DNA from: Eledone cirrhosa
Taxonomy: Eukaryota
DNA: 64,000 nt
Assembly (NCBI GenBank): GCA_964016885.1
Contig: OZ024743.1
Span: forward strand, 133,796,001-133,860,000
Reading direction: 5' to 3'
The notes under the pieces were generated by a model. It made no database searches, was not told the origin of the DNA, and saw nothing but the letters and a program-made list of their open reading frames with translations. This document shows positions 11,730-23,119 of this stretch, piece by piece. How positions within the stretch are numbered: the first letter of the stretch is position 1; every line of letters starts with the position of its first letter. The translations under genes were made by a program, and so were the position numbers.

Positions 11730-14700
11730 GTTTGGTGTTTGCTGTTTGGTGTCTGCTTTTTGGTGTTTGGTGTTTGCTGTATGGTGTTTGCTGTTTCGTG
11801 TTTGGTGTTTGCTGTTTGGTGTTTGGTGTTTGCTGTTTGGTGTTTGGTCTTTGGTGCTTGGTGTTTGGTGCTTGGTGCTAGGTGTTTGGTGTTTGGTGCT
11901 TGGTGCTTGGTGCTTCGTGTTTGGTGTTTGGTGCTTGGTGTCTGGAGCTTGGTGTTTGGTGTTTGGTGCTTGGTGTTTGGTGTTTGGTGCTTGGTGCTTG
12001 GTGTTTGGTGCTTGGTGCTTGGTGTTTGTACTTGGTGCTTGGTGCTTGGTGTTTGGTGCTTGGTTCTTGGTGTTTGGTGCTTGGTGTTTGGTGCTTGGTG
12101 CTTGGTGTTTGGTGTTTGGTGCTTGGTGCTTGGTGCTTGGTGTTTGATGTTTGGTGCTTGGTGCTTGGTGTTTGGTGTTTGGTTCTTGGTGCTTGGTATT
12201 TGGTGCTTGGTGCTTGCTGCTTGGTGTTTGGTGCTTGGTGATTGATGCTTGGTGTTTGATGCTTGGTGCTTGGTGTTTGGTTTTTGGTGCTAGGTGCTTG
12301 GTGCTTGGTGTTTGGTGCTTGGTGTTTGGTGTTTGCTGCTTGGTGCTTGGAGCTTGGTGTTTGGTACTTGGTGCTTGGTGCTTGGTGTTTGGTGCTTGGT
12401 GCTTGGTGTATGGTGTTTGGTGTTTGGTGCTTGGTGTTTGGTGTTTGGTGCTTGGTGCTTGGTGTTTGTTGCTTGGTACTTGGTTCATGGTGTTTGGTGC
12501 CGGGTGCTTGGTGTTTGGTGCTTGGTGCTTGGTGTTTGGTGTTTGGTGCTTGGTGTTTGGTGTTTGGTGCTTGGTGCTTGGTGTTTGTTTGCTTGGTACT
12601 TGGTGCATGGTGTTTGGTGCTGGGTGCTTGGTGTTTGGTGCTTGGTGTTTGGTGCTTGGTGCTTGGTGTTTGGTGTTTGGTGTTTGATGCTTGGTGTTTG
12701 ATGCTTGGTGCTTGGTGCTTGGTGTTTGGTGCTTGGTGTTTGTACTTGGAGCTTGGTGTTTTGTGCTTGGTTCTTTGTGTTTGGTGTTTGGTGCTTGGTG
12801 CTTGGTGCTTGGTGTTAGGTGTTTGGTGCTTGGTGCTTGGTATTTGGTGTTTGGTCCTTGGTGCTTGGTGTTTAGTGCTTGGTGCTTGGTGTTTGTTGTT
12901 TGGTGCTTTCTGCTTGCTGCTTGGCGTTTGGTGCTTGGTGCTTGGTGCTTGGTGTTTGGTGTTTGGTGCTAGGTGCTTGGTGTTTGGTGTTTGGTGTTTG
13001 ATGCTTGGTGTTTGGTGCTTGGTGTTTGGTGTTTTGTGCTTGGTGCTTGGGGCTTGGTGTTTAGTGCTTGGTGCTTGGTGCTTGGTGTTTGGTGCTTGGT
13101 GCTTGGTGTTTGGTGTTTGGTGTTTGGTGCTTGGTGCTTGGTGTTTGGTGCTTGGTGCTTGGTGCTGGGTGGTTGGTATTTGGTGCTTGGTGCTTGGTGT
13201 TTGGTGCTTGGTGCTTGGTGCTTGGTGTTTGGTGCTTGGTGCTTGGTGCTTGGTCTTTGGTGCTTGGTGTTTGGTGCTTGGTGCTTGGTGCTTGGTGTTT
13301 GGTGCTTGGTGATTAGTGTTTGGTGCTTGGTGCTTGGGGTTTGGTGTTTGGTGCTTGGTACTTGGTGTTTGGTGCTTGGTGTTTGGTGTTTGCTGTTTGG
13401 TGTTTGGTGTTTGCTGTTTGCTGTTTGCTGTTTGCTTTTTGGTGTTTGGTGTTTGCTGTATGGTGTTTGCTGTTTGGTGTTTGGTGTTTGCTGTTTGGTG
13501 TTTGGTGTTTGCTGTTTGGTCTTTGGTGCTTGGTGTTTGGTGCTTGGTGCTTGGTGTTTGGTGTTTGGTGCTTGGTGCTTGGTGTTTGGTGTTTGTTGCT
13601 TGGTGCTTGGTGCTTGGTGTTTGGTGTTTGGTGTTTGGTGCTTGGTGTTTGGTGTTTGGTGTTTGGTGCTTGGTGTTTGGTGTTTGGTGTTTGGTGTTTG
13701 GTGCTTGTTGCTTGGTGCTTGGTGCTTGGGGTTTGGTTCTTGGTTCTTGGTGTTTGGTACTTGGTGCTTGGTGTTTGGTGCTGGGTGCTTGGTGTTTGGT
13801 GCTTGGTGCTTGGTGCTTGCTGTTTGGTGTTTGGTGCTTGGTGCTTGGTGTTTGGTGTTTGGTGTTATATGCTTGGTGTTTGATGCTTGGTGCTTGGTGC
13901 TTGGTATTTGGTGTTTGGTGCTTGGTGTTTGTACTTGGTGCTTGGTTCTTGGTTCTTGGTGCTTGGTGCTTGGTGCTTGGTGCTTGGTGCTTGGTGTTTG
14001 GTGCTTGGTGTTTGGTGCTTGGTGTTTGGTGCTTGGTGCCTGGTGCTTGGTGCTTGGTGCTTGGTGTTTGGTGCTTGGTGTTTGGTGCTTGGTGTTAGGT
14101 GTTTGGTGCTTGGTGCTTGGTGTTTGGTGTTTGGTGCTTGGTGTTTGGTGCTTGGTGCTTGGTGTTTGCTGTTTGGTGCTTGGTGTTTGGTGCTTGGTAC
14201 TTGGTGCTTGGTGCTTGGTGTTAGGTGTTTGGTGCTTGGTGCTTGGTGTTTGGTTTTTGGTGCTTGGTGCTTGGTGTTTGGTGTTTGGTGCTTGCTGCTG
14301 GCTGCTTGGTGTTTGGTGCTTGGTGTTTGGTGTTTGGTACTAGGTGCTTGGTGTTTGGTGTTTGGTGCTTGGTGCTTGGTGTTTGGTGTTTGGTGTTTGG
14401 TGCTTGGTGCTTGGTGCTTGGTGCTGGGTGGTTGGTGTTTGGTGCTTGGTGATTAGTGTTTGGTGCTAGGTGCTTGGGGTTTGGTGTTTGGTGCTTGGTG
14501 CTTGGTGTTTGGTGCTTGGTGCTTGGTGTTTGGTGCTTGGTGCTTGGTGTTTGCTGTTTGCTGTTTGCTGTTTGGTGTTTGTTGTTTGGTGTTTGTTGAT
14601 TGGTGTTTGCTGTTTGGTGCTTGGTGCTTGGTCTTTGGTGCTTGGTGTTTGGTGTTTGGTGCTTGGTGCTTTGTGTTTGGTGCTTGGTGATTAGTGTTTG

Positions 14701-17700
14701 GTGCTTGGTGCTTGGGGTTTGGTGTTTGGTGCTTGGTACTTGGTGTTTGGTGCTTGGTGTTTGGTGTTTGCTGTTTGGTGTTTGGTGTTTGGTGTTTGCT
14801 GTATGGTGTTTGCTGTTTCGTGTTTGGTGTTTGCTGTTTGGTGTTTGGTGTTTGCTGTTTGGTGTTTGGTCTTTGGTGCTTGGTGTTTGGTGCTTGGTGC
14901 TTGGTGTTTGGTGTTTGGTGCTTGGTGTTTGGTGTTTGGTGCTTGGTGCTTGGTGCTTGGTGTTTGGCGTTTGGTGTTTGGTGCTTGGTGTCTGGTGCTT
15001 GGTGTTTGGTGTTTGGTGTTTGGTGCTTGGTGTTTGGTGTTTGGTGTTTGGTGTTTGGTGCTTGTTGCTTGGTACTTGGTGCTTGGTGTTTGGTGCTTGG
15101 TGCTTGGTGTTTGGTGCTGGGTGCTTGGTGTTTGGTGCTTGGTGCTTGGTGCTTGGTGTTTGGTGTTTGGTGCTTGGTGCTTGGTGCTTGGTGTTTGGTG
15201 TTTGGTGCTTGGTGTTTTATGCTTGGTGTTTGATGTTTGGTGCTTGGTGCTTGGTGTTTGGTGCTTGGTGCTTGGTGTTTGTACTTGGTGCTTGGTGCTT
15301 GGTTCTTGGTGTTTGGTGCTTGGTGCTTGGTGCTTGGTGCTTGGTGTTTGGTGCTTGGTGTTTGGTGCTTGGTGTTTGGTGCTTGGTGCCTGGTGCTTGG
15401 TGCTTGGTGCTTGGTGTTTGGTGCTTGGTGTTTGGTGCTTGGTATTAGGTGTTTGGTGCTTGGTGCTTGGTGTTTGGTGTTTGGTGCTTGGTGTTTGGTG
15501 CTTGGTGCTTGGTTTTTGGTGTTTGGTGCTTGGTGTTTGGTGCTTGGTACTTGGTGCTTGGTGCTTGGTGTTAGGTGTTTGGTGCTTGGTGCTTGGTGTT
15601 TGGTTTTTGGTGCTTGGTGCTTGGTGTTTGGTGTTTGGTGCTTGCTGCTGGCTGCTTGGTGTTTGGTGCTTGGTGATTGGTGCTTGGTGTTTGGTGCTTG
15701 GTGTTTGGTGTTTGGTACTAGGTGCTTGGTGCTTGGTGTTTGGTGCTTGGTGCTTGGTGTTTGGTGTTTGGTGCTTGGAGCTTGGTGTTTGGTGCTTGGT
15801 GCTGGGTGCTGGGTGGTTGGTGTTTGGTGTTTGGTGTTTGGTGCTGGGTGCTTGGTGTTTGGTGCTTGGTGCTTGGTCTTTGGTGTTTGGTGTTTGGTGT
15901 TTGGTGCTTGGTGCTTGGTGCTTCGTGTTTGGTGCTTGGTGCTTGGTGTTTGGTGCTTGGTGCTTAGTGTTTGGTGCTAGGTGCTTGGGGTTTGGTGTTT
16001 GGTGCTTGGTGCTTGGTGTTTGGTGCTTGGTGCTTGGTGTTTGGTGTTTGGTGCTTGGTGCTTGGTGTTTGGTGTTTGGTGTTTGCTGTTTGGTGTTTGG
16101 TGTTTGGTGTTTGCTGTTTGCTGTTTGGTGTCTGCTTTTTGGTGTTTGGTGTTGGCTGTATGTTATTTGCTGTTTGGTGTTTGGTGTTTGGTGTTTAGTG
16201 CTTGGTGCTTGGTGTTTGGTGTTTGGTGCTTGGTGCTTGGAATTTGGTGTTTGGTGCTTGGTGCTTGGTGTTTTGTGTTTGGTGTTTGGTTTTTGGTGCT
16301 TGGTGCTTGGTGCTTGTTGCTTGGTCCTTTGTGTTTGGTTCTTGGTGCTTGGTGTTTGTACTTGGTGCTTGGTGCTTGGTGTTTGGTTCTTGGTTCTTGG
16401 TGTTTGGTACTTGGTGCTTGGTGCTTGGTGCTTGGTGTTTGGTGTTTGGTGCTTGGTGTTTGGTGCTTGGTGCTTGGTGCTTGGTGTTAGGTGTTTGGTG
16501 CTTGGTGCTTGGTGTTTGGTGCTTGGTGTTTGGTGTTTGCTGTTTGGTGTTTGGTGCTTGGTGTTTGCTGTTTGGTGTCTGCTTTTTGGTGATTGGTGTT
16601 TGGTGTATGGTGTTTGCTGTTTCGTGTTTGGTGTTTGCTGTTTGGTGTTTGGTGTTTGCTGTTTGGTGTTTGGTCTTTGGTGCTTGGTGTTTGGTGCTTG
16701 GTGCTTGGTGTTTGGTGTTTGGTGCTTGGTGCTTGGTGCTTCGTGTTTGGTGTTTGGTGCTTGGTGTCTGGAGCTTGGTGTTTGGTGTTTGGTGCTTGGT
16801 GTTTGGTGTTTGGTGCTTGGTGCTTGGTGTTTGGTGCTTGGTGCTTGGTGTTTGTGCTTGGTGCTTGGTGTTCGGTGTTTGGTGCTTGGTGCTTGGTGCT
16901 TGGTGTTTGGTGTTTGGTGCTTGGTGCTTGGTGTTTGGTGTTTGGTTCTTGGTGCTTGGTATTTGGTGCTTGGTGCTTGCTGCTTGGTGTTTGGTGCTTG
17001 GTGATTGATGCTTGGTGTTTGATGCTTGGTGCTTGGTGTTTGGTTTTTGGTGCTAGGTGCTTGGTGCTTGGTGTTTGGTGCTTGGTGTTTGGTGTTTGCT
17101 GCTTGGTGCTTGGGGCTTGGTGTTTGGTACTTGGTGCTTGGTGCTTGGTGTTTGGTGCTTGGTGCTTGGTGTATGGTGTTTGGTGTTTGGTGCTTGGTGT
17201 TTGGTGTTTGGTGCTTGGTGCTTGGTGTTTGTTGCTTGGTACTTGGTTCATGGTGTTTGGTGCTGGGTGCTTGGTGTTTGCTGCTTGGTGCTTGGTGTTT
17301 GGTGTTTGGTGCTTGGTGTTTGGTGTTTGGTGCTTGGTGCTTGGTGTTTGTTGCTTGGTACTTGGTGCATGGTGTTTGGTGCTGGGTGCTTGGTGTTTGG
17401 TGCTTGGTGTTTGGTGCTTGGTGCTTGGTGTTTGGTGTTTGGTGTTTGATGCTTGGTGTTTGATGCTTGGTGCTTGGTGCTTGGTGTTTGGTGCTTGGTG
17501 TTTGTACTTGGTGCTTGGTGTTTTGTGCTTGGTTCTTTGTGTTTGGTGTTTGGTGCTTGGTGCTTGGTGCTTGGTGTTAGGTGTTTGGTGCTTGGTGCTT
17601 GGTGTTTGGTGTTTGGTCCTTGGTGCTTGGTGTTTAGTGCTTGGTGCTTGGTGTTTGTTGTTTGGTGCTTTCTGCTTGCTGCTTGGCGTTTGGTGCTTGG

Positions 17701-19420
17701 TGCTTGGTGCTTGTGGTTTGGTGTTTGGTGCTAGGTGCTTGGTGTTTGGTGTTTGGTGTTTGATTCTTGGTGTTTGGTGCTTGGTGTTTGGTGTTTTGTG
17801 CTTGGTGCTTGGGGCTTGGTGTTTAGTGCTTGGTGCTTGGTGCTTGGTGTTTGGTGCTTGGTGCTTGGTGTTTGGTGTTTGGTGTTTGGTGCTTGGTGCT
17901 TGGTCTTTGGTGCTTGGTGCTTGGTGCTGGGTGGTTGGTATTTGGTGCTTGGTGCTTGGTGTTTGGTGCTTGGTGCTTGGTGCTTGCTGTTTGGTGCTTG
18001 GTGCTTGGTGCTTGGTCTTTGGTGCTTGGTGTTTGGTGCTTGGTGCTTGGTGCTTGGTGTTTGGTGCTTGGTGATTAGTGTTTGGTGCTTGGTGCTTGGG
18101 GTTTGGTGTTTGGTGCTTGGTACTTGGTGTTTGGTGCTTGGTGTTTGGTGTTTGCTGTTTGGTGTTTGGTGTTTGCTGTTTGCTGTTTGCTGTTTGCTTT
18201 TTGGTGTTTGGTGTTTGCTGTATGGTGTTTGCTGTTTGGTGTTTGGTGTTTGCTGTTTGGTGTTTGGTGTTTGCTGTTTGGTCTTTGGTGCTTGGTGTTT
18301 GGTGCTTGGTGCTTGGTGTTTGGTGTTTGGTGCTTGGTGCTTGGTGTTTGGTGTTTGTTGCTTGGTGCTTGGTGCTTGGTGTTTGGTGTTTGGTGTTTGG
18401 TGCTTGGTGTCTGGTGCTTGGTGTTTGGTGTTTGGTGTTTGGTGCTTGGTGTTTGGTGTTTGGTGTTTGGTGCTTGGTGTTTGGTGTTTGGTGTTTGGTG
18501 TTTGGTGCTTGTTGCTTGGTGCTTGGTGCTTGGTGTTTGGTTCTTGGTTCTTGGTGTTTGGTACTTGGTGCTTGGTGTTTGGTGCTGGGTGCTTGGTGTT
18601 TGGTGCTTGGTGCTTGGTGCTTGCTGTTTGGTGTTTGGTGCTTGGTGCTTGGTGTTTGGTGTTTGGTGTTATATGCTTGGTGTTTGATGCTTGGTGCTTG
18701 GTGCTTGGTATTTGGTGTTTGGTGCTTGGTGTTTGTACTTGGTGCTTGGTTCTTGGTTGTTGGTGCTTGGCGCTTGGTGCTTGGTGCTTGGTGCTTGGTG
18801 TTTGGTGCTTGGTGTTTGGTGCTTGGTGTTTGGTGCTTGGTGCCTGGTGCTTGGTGCTTGGTGCTTGGTGTTTGGTGCTTGGTGTTTGGTGCTTGGTGTT
18901 AGTTGTTTGGTGCTTGGTGCTTGGTGTTTGGTGTTTGGTGCTTGGTGTTTGGTGCTTGGTGCTTGGTGTTTGGTGTTTGGTGCTTGGTGTTTGGTGCTTG
19001 GTACTTGGTGCTTGGTGCTTGGTGTTAGGTGTTTGGTGCTTGGTGCTTGGTGTTTGGTTTTTGGTGCTTGGTGCTTGGTGTTTGGTGTTTGGTGCTTGCT
19101 GCTGGCTGCTTGGTGTTTGGTGCTTGGTGATTGGTGCTTGGTGTTTGGTGCTTGGTGTTTGGTGTTTGGTACTAGGTGCTTGGTGTTTGGTGTTTGGTGC
19201 TTGGTGCTTGGTGTTTGGTGTTTGGTGTTTGGTGCTTGGTGCTTGGTGCTTGGTGCTGGGTGGTTGGTGTTTGGTGCTTGGTGATTAGTGTTTGGTGCTA
19301 GGTGCTTGGGGTTTGGTGTTTGGTGCTTGGTGCATGGTGTTTGGTGCTTGGTGCTTGGTGTTTGGTGCTTGGTGCTTGGTGTTTGGTGTTTGCTGTTTGC
19401 TGTTTGGTGTTTGTTGTTTG
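11730..19420 (+). repeat. Direct duplication of a ~2.8 kb block at offset ~4.76-4.83 kb (about 11.7-14.6 kb vs 16.5-19.4 kb); boundaries approximate
   Basis: ORF offsets 4763 (12263/17026), 4762 (12691/17453, 12973/17735, 13316/18078), 4804 (13887/18691) and 4832 (14460/19292). Shared private markers TTGGTTCATGG (~12481/17244) and TTGGCGT (~12921/17683). Confidence 0.85.
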
Positions 19421-22400
19421 GTGTTTGTTGATTGGTGTTTGCTGTTTGGTGTTTGGTATTTGGTGTTTGCTGTTTGGTGTCTGCTTTTTGGTGTTTGGTG
19501 TTTGCTGTATGTTGTTTGCTGTTTGGTGTTTGGTGTTTGGTGTTTCGTGTTTGCTGCTTGGTGCTTGGTGTTTGGTGCTTGGGTCTTGGTGTTTGGTGCC
19601 TGGTGCTTGGTACTTGGTTGTTTGGTGTTTGGTGCTTGGTGCTTGGGGCTTGGAGTTTGGTGTTTGGTGCTTGGTGCTTGGTGTTGTGTGTTTGGTGTTT
19701 GGTTTTTGGTGCTTGGTGCTTGGTGCTTGGCGCTTGGTCCTTGGTGTTTGGTGCTTGGTGCTTGGTGTTTGTACTTGGTGCTTGGTGCTTGGTGTTTGGT
19801 TCTTGGTTCTTGGTGTTTGGTACTTGGTGCTTGGTGCTTGGTGCTTGGTGTTTGGTGTTTGGTGCTTGGTGTTTGGTGCTTGGTGCTTGGTGCTTGGTGC
19901 TTGGTGTTAGGTGTTTGGTGCTTGGTGCTTGGTGTTTGGTGCTTGGTGTTTGCTGTTTGGTGTTTGGTGTTTGGTGTTTGGTGTTTGCTGTTTGGTGTCT
20001 GCTTTTTGGTGTTTGGTGTTTGCTGTATGGTGTTTGCTGTTTCGTGTTTGGTGTTTGCTGTTTGGTGTTTGGTGCTTCGTGTTTGGTGTTTGTTTTTGGT
20101 GCTTGGTGTCTGGTGCTTGATGTTTGGTGTTTGGTGCTTGGTGTTTGGTGTTTGGTGCTTGGTGCTTGGTGTTTGGTGCTTGGTGCTTGGTGTTTGGTGT
20201 TTGGTTCTTGGTGCTTGGTATTTGGTGCTTGGTGCTTGCTGCTTGGTGTTTGGTGCTTGGTGATTGATGCTTGGTGTTTGGTGCTTGGTGCTCAGTGTTT
20301 GGTTTTTGGTGCTAGGTGCTTGGTGCATGGTGTTTGGTGCTTGGTGTTTGGTGTTTGGTGGTTGGTGCTTGGGGATTGGTGTTTGGTACTTGGTGCTTGG
20401 TGCTTGGTGTTTGGTGCTTGGTGCTTGGTGTTTGGTGTTTGGTGCTTGGTGCTTGGTGTTTGGTGCTTGGTGCTTGGTGTTTGGTGTTTGGTGCTTGGTG
20501 CTTGGTGTTTGGTGCTTGGTGCTTGGTGCTTGTTGTTTGGTGATTGGTGCTTGGTGCTTGGTGTTTGGTGTTTGGTGTTTGATGCTTGGTGTTTGGTGTT
20601 TGGTGCTTGGTGCTTGGGGCTTGGTGTTTGGTGCTTGGTGCTTGGTGCTTGGTGTTTGGTGCTTGGTGCTTGGTGTTTGGTGTCTGGTGTTTGGTGCTTG
20701 GTGCTTGGTGTTTGGTGCTTGGTGCTTGGTGCTTGGTATTTGGTGCTTGGTGCTTGGTGCTTGGTGTTTGGTGTTTGGTGCTTGGTGCTTTGTGTTTGGT
20801 GCTTGGTGATTAGTGTTTGGTGCTAGGTGCTTGGGGTTTGGTGTTTGGTGCTTGGTACTTGGTGTTTGGTGCTTGGTGTTTGGTGTTTGCTGTTTGGGGT
20901 TTGGTGTTTGGTGTTTGCTGTTTGGTGTCTGCTTTTTGGTGTTTGGTGTTTGCTGTATGATGTTTGCTGTTTCGTGTTTGGTGTTTGCTGTTTGGTGTTT
21001 GGTGTTTGCTGTTTGGTGTTTGGTCTTTGGTGCTTGGTGTTTGGTGCTTAGTGCTGGGTGTTTGGTGTTTGGTGCTTGGTGTTTGGTGTTTGGTGCTTGG
21101 TGCTTGGTGCTTGGTGTTTGCTGTTTGGTGTTTGGTGCTTGGTGTCTGGTGCTTGGTGTTTGGTGTTTGGTGTTTGGTGCTTGGTGTTTGGTGTTTGGTG
21201 TTTGGTGCTTGTTGCTTGGTGCTTGGTGCTTGGTGTTTGGTGCTTGGTGCTTGGTGTTTTATGCTTGGTGATTGATGTTTCGTGCTTGGTGCTTGGTGTT
21301 TGGTGCTTGGTGCTTGGTGTTTATACTTGGTGCTTGGTGCTTGGTTCTTGGTGTTTGGTGCTTGGTGCTTGGTGCTTGGTGCTTGGTGTTTGGTGCTTGG
21401 TGTTTGGTGCTTGGTGCCTGGTGCTTGGTGCTTGGTGCTTGCTGTTTGGTGCTTGGTGTTTGGTGCTTGGTATTAGGTATTTGGTGCTTGGTGCTTGGTG
21501 TTTGGTGTTTGGTGCTTGGTGTTTGGTGCTTGGTGCTTGGTGTTTGGTGTTTGGTGCTTGGTGTTTGGTGCTTGGTACTTGGTGCTTGGTGCTTGGTGTT
21601 AGGTGTTTGGTGCTTGGTGCTTGGTGTTTGGTTTTTGGTGCTTGGTGCTTGGTGTTTGGTGTTTGGTGCTTGCTGCTGGCTGCTTGGTGTTTGGTGCTTG
21701 GTGATAGGTGCTTGGTGTTTGGTGCTTGGTGTTTGGTGTTTGGTACTAGGTGCTTGGTGCTTGGTGTGTGGTGCTTGGTGCTTTGGTTTGGTGTTTGGTG
21801 CTTGGTGCTTGGTGTTTGGTGCTTGGTGCTGGGTTCTGGGTGGTTGGTCTTTGGTGCTTGGTGTTTGGTGCTGGGTGCTTGGTGTTTGGTGCTTGGTGCT
21901 TGGTCTTTGGTGTTTGGTGTTTGGTGTTTGGTGTTTGGTGCTTGGTGCTTGGTGCTTGGTGTTTGGTGCTTGGTGCTTGGTGTTTGGTGCTTGGTGCTTA
22001 GTGTTTGGTGCTAGGTGCTTGGGGTTTCGTGTTTGGTGCTTGGTGCTTGGTGTTTGGTGCTTGGTGCTTGGTGTTTGGTGTTTGGTGCTTGGTGCTTGGT
22101 GTTTGGTGTTTGCTGTTTGCTGTTTGGTGTTTGTTGTTTGGTGTTTGTTGTTTGGTGTTTGCTGTTTGGTGTTTGGTGTTTGGTGTTTGCTGTTTGGTGT
22201 CTGCTTTTTGGTGTTTGGTGTTTGCTGTATGTTATTTGCTGTTTGGTGTTTGGTGTTTGGTGTTTGGTGCAGGGTGCTTGGTGTTTGGTGCTTGGTGCTT
22301 GGTGTTTGGTGCCTGGTGCTTGGTGCTTGGTGTTTGGTGTTTGGTGCTTGGAGTTTGGTGTTTGGTGCTTGCTGCTTGGTGTTTTGTGTTTGGTGTTTGG

Positions 22401-23119
22401 TTTTTGGTGCTTGGTGCTTGGTGCTTGGTGCTTGGTCCTTGGTGTTTGGTGCTTGGTGCTTGGTGTTTGGTGCTTGGTGTTTGGTGTTTGCTGTTTGGTG
22501 TTTCGTGTTTGGTGTTTGGTGTTTGCTGTTTGGTGTCTGCTTTTTGGTGTTTGGTGTTTGCTGTATGGTGTTTGCTGTTTCGTGTTTGGTGTTTGCTGAT
22601 TGGTGTTTGGTGTTTGCTGTTTGGTGTTTGGTCTTTGGTGCTTGGTGTTTGGTGCTTGGTGCTTGGTGTTTGGTGTTTGGTGCTTGGTGCTTGGTGCTTC
22701 GTGTTTGGTGTTTGGTGCTTGGTGTCTGGAGCTTGGTGTTTGGTGTTTGGTGCTTGGTGTTTGGTGTTTGGTGCTTGGTGCTTGGTGTTTGGTGCTTGGT
22801 GCTTGGTGTTTGTACTTGGTGCTTGGTGCTTGGTGTTTGGTGCTTGGTTCTTGGTGTTTGGTGCTTGGTGTTTGGTGCTTGGTGCTTGGTGTTTGGTGCT
22901 TGGTGCTTGGTGCTTGGTGCTTGGTGTTAGGTGTTTGGTGCTTGGTGCTTCGTGTTTGGTGTTTGGTTCTTGGTGCTTGGTATTTGGTGCTTGGTGCTTG
23001 CTGCTTGGTGTTTGGTGCTTGGTGATTGATGCTTGGTGTTTGGTGCTTGGTGCTTGGTGTTTGGTTTTTGGTGCTTGGTGCTTGGTGCTTGGTGTTTGGT
23101 GCTTGGTGTTTGGTGTTTG

